15,797 nucleotides of DNA, from the NCBI GenBank assembly GCA_039794845.1, contig JAUQVK010000047.1:826-16622 (forward strand), given 5' to 3'. The translations under genes and the position numbers were made by a program. This DNA comes from Thermostichus sp. DRC_bins_24 (GTDB lineage Bacteria > Cyanobacteriota > Cyanobacteriia > Thermostichales > Thermostichaceae). How positions within the stretch are numbered: the first letter of the stretch is position 1; each line of letters opens with the position of its first letter. The notes beneath the pieces were generated by a model. That model was not told the origin of the DNA. It did not search any database and was given only the letters and a program-made list of their open reading frames with translations. Positions 15,328 to 15,797 of this stretch are shown here, one piece after another.

Positions 15328-15797
15328 TACAGCGCTTTCGCTAATTAACTAGTACAGTAACAGCACTTAGTCATCCAATTGATAAATGCAGACTGCTCAA
15401 TTAGAGATAGTCCAATCTCTATCAGCTTTTTCATCTCATCTCTGCTCCGACATGGAAATAATCGAACAAATGATTTGATAACAGACCACATCATTTCAAT
15501 CGGATTCATATCCGGTGAGTATGGAGGTAGATACTCAACGCGGGCTCCCCTTGATACAATCATCTCTTCTAGCCATTCCATTTTATGAATCCTAAGATTG
15601 TCCATGACAACCACAGACCCCTTCCTTAATTTAGGTAATAACTCCTCTTCAATAAACTGTCGAAAATCATCCCCCCTTCATAGATTGGTCAACAATCTTT
15701 GTGGCTACAATCTTTTCTTTGTTGATAGCTCCTATCAATGTCATCTTCTCTCCTCTATAAGACTCCCTCAAGGTGATAGCTCTCCTCTCTCGCAAAC
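15328..15797 (-). mobile_element. IS630-family insertion sequence, transposase-3' end; runs off the right edge
   Basis: Abrupt shift to AT-rich, HIP-free sequence; candidate end TA|CAGCGCTTTCGCTAATTAACTAG at 15328 overlapping the transposase stop, consistent with IS630 TA targeting. Confidence 0.85.
15345..15797 (-). pseudogene. IS630 transposase DDE domain, frameshifted, partial
   Basis: VVVMDNLRIHK and YLPPYSPDMNPIEMMWS motifs. The upstream frame (...RGEKMTLIGAINKEKIVATKIVDQSMKGG*) stops at a G6 run (15671-15676); removing one G gives a continuous SMKGDDFRQFIEEELLPKL. Confidence 0.85.

Overview
Chromosomal window from a cyanobacterium, most likely a hot-spring Synechococcus/Thermostichus-type organism, judged from the dense GGGATCCC HIP1-variant palindromes and the cyanobacterial-type secE-nusG-rplKAJL operon. 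From left to right: (1) an AT-richer minus-strand ECF transporter operon (S component plus a partial ATPase) preceded by a textbook NtcA class II promoter; (2) a five-gene divergent cluster (1972-9681) that looks like a non-canonical synthase-dependent exopolysaccharide system: Tat-exported GH26-like protein, GT-C/PMT-like polytopic membrane protein, stand-alone mannose-6-P isomerase cupin, BcsB-like co-polymerase, and a processive GT2 with two N-terminal MshEN/GspE-N modules instead of a C-terminal PilZ; (3) a phasin-like ORF, trmD and a small secreted ORF; (4) secE-nusG-rplK-rplA-rplJ-rplL with L1 and L10 leader RNAs and a tandem pair of DnaA-box 9-mers; (5) the 3' end of a frameshifted IS630-family element. 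All family assignments come from motifs read by eye; no database searches were run.
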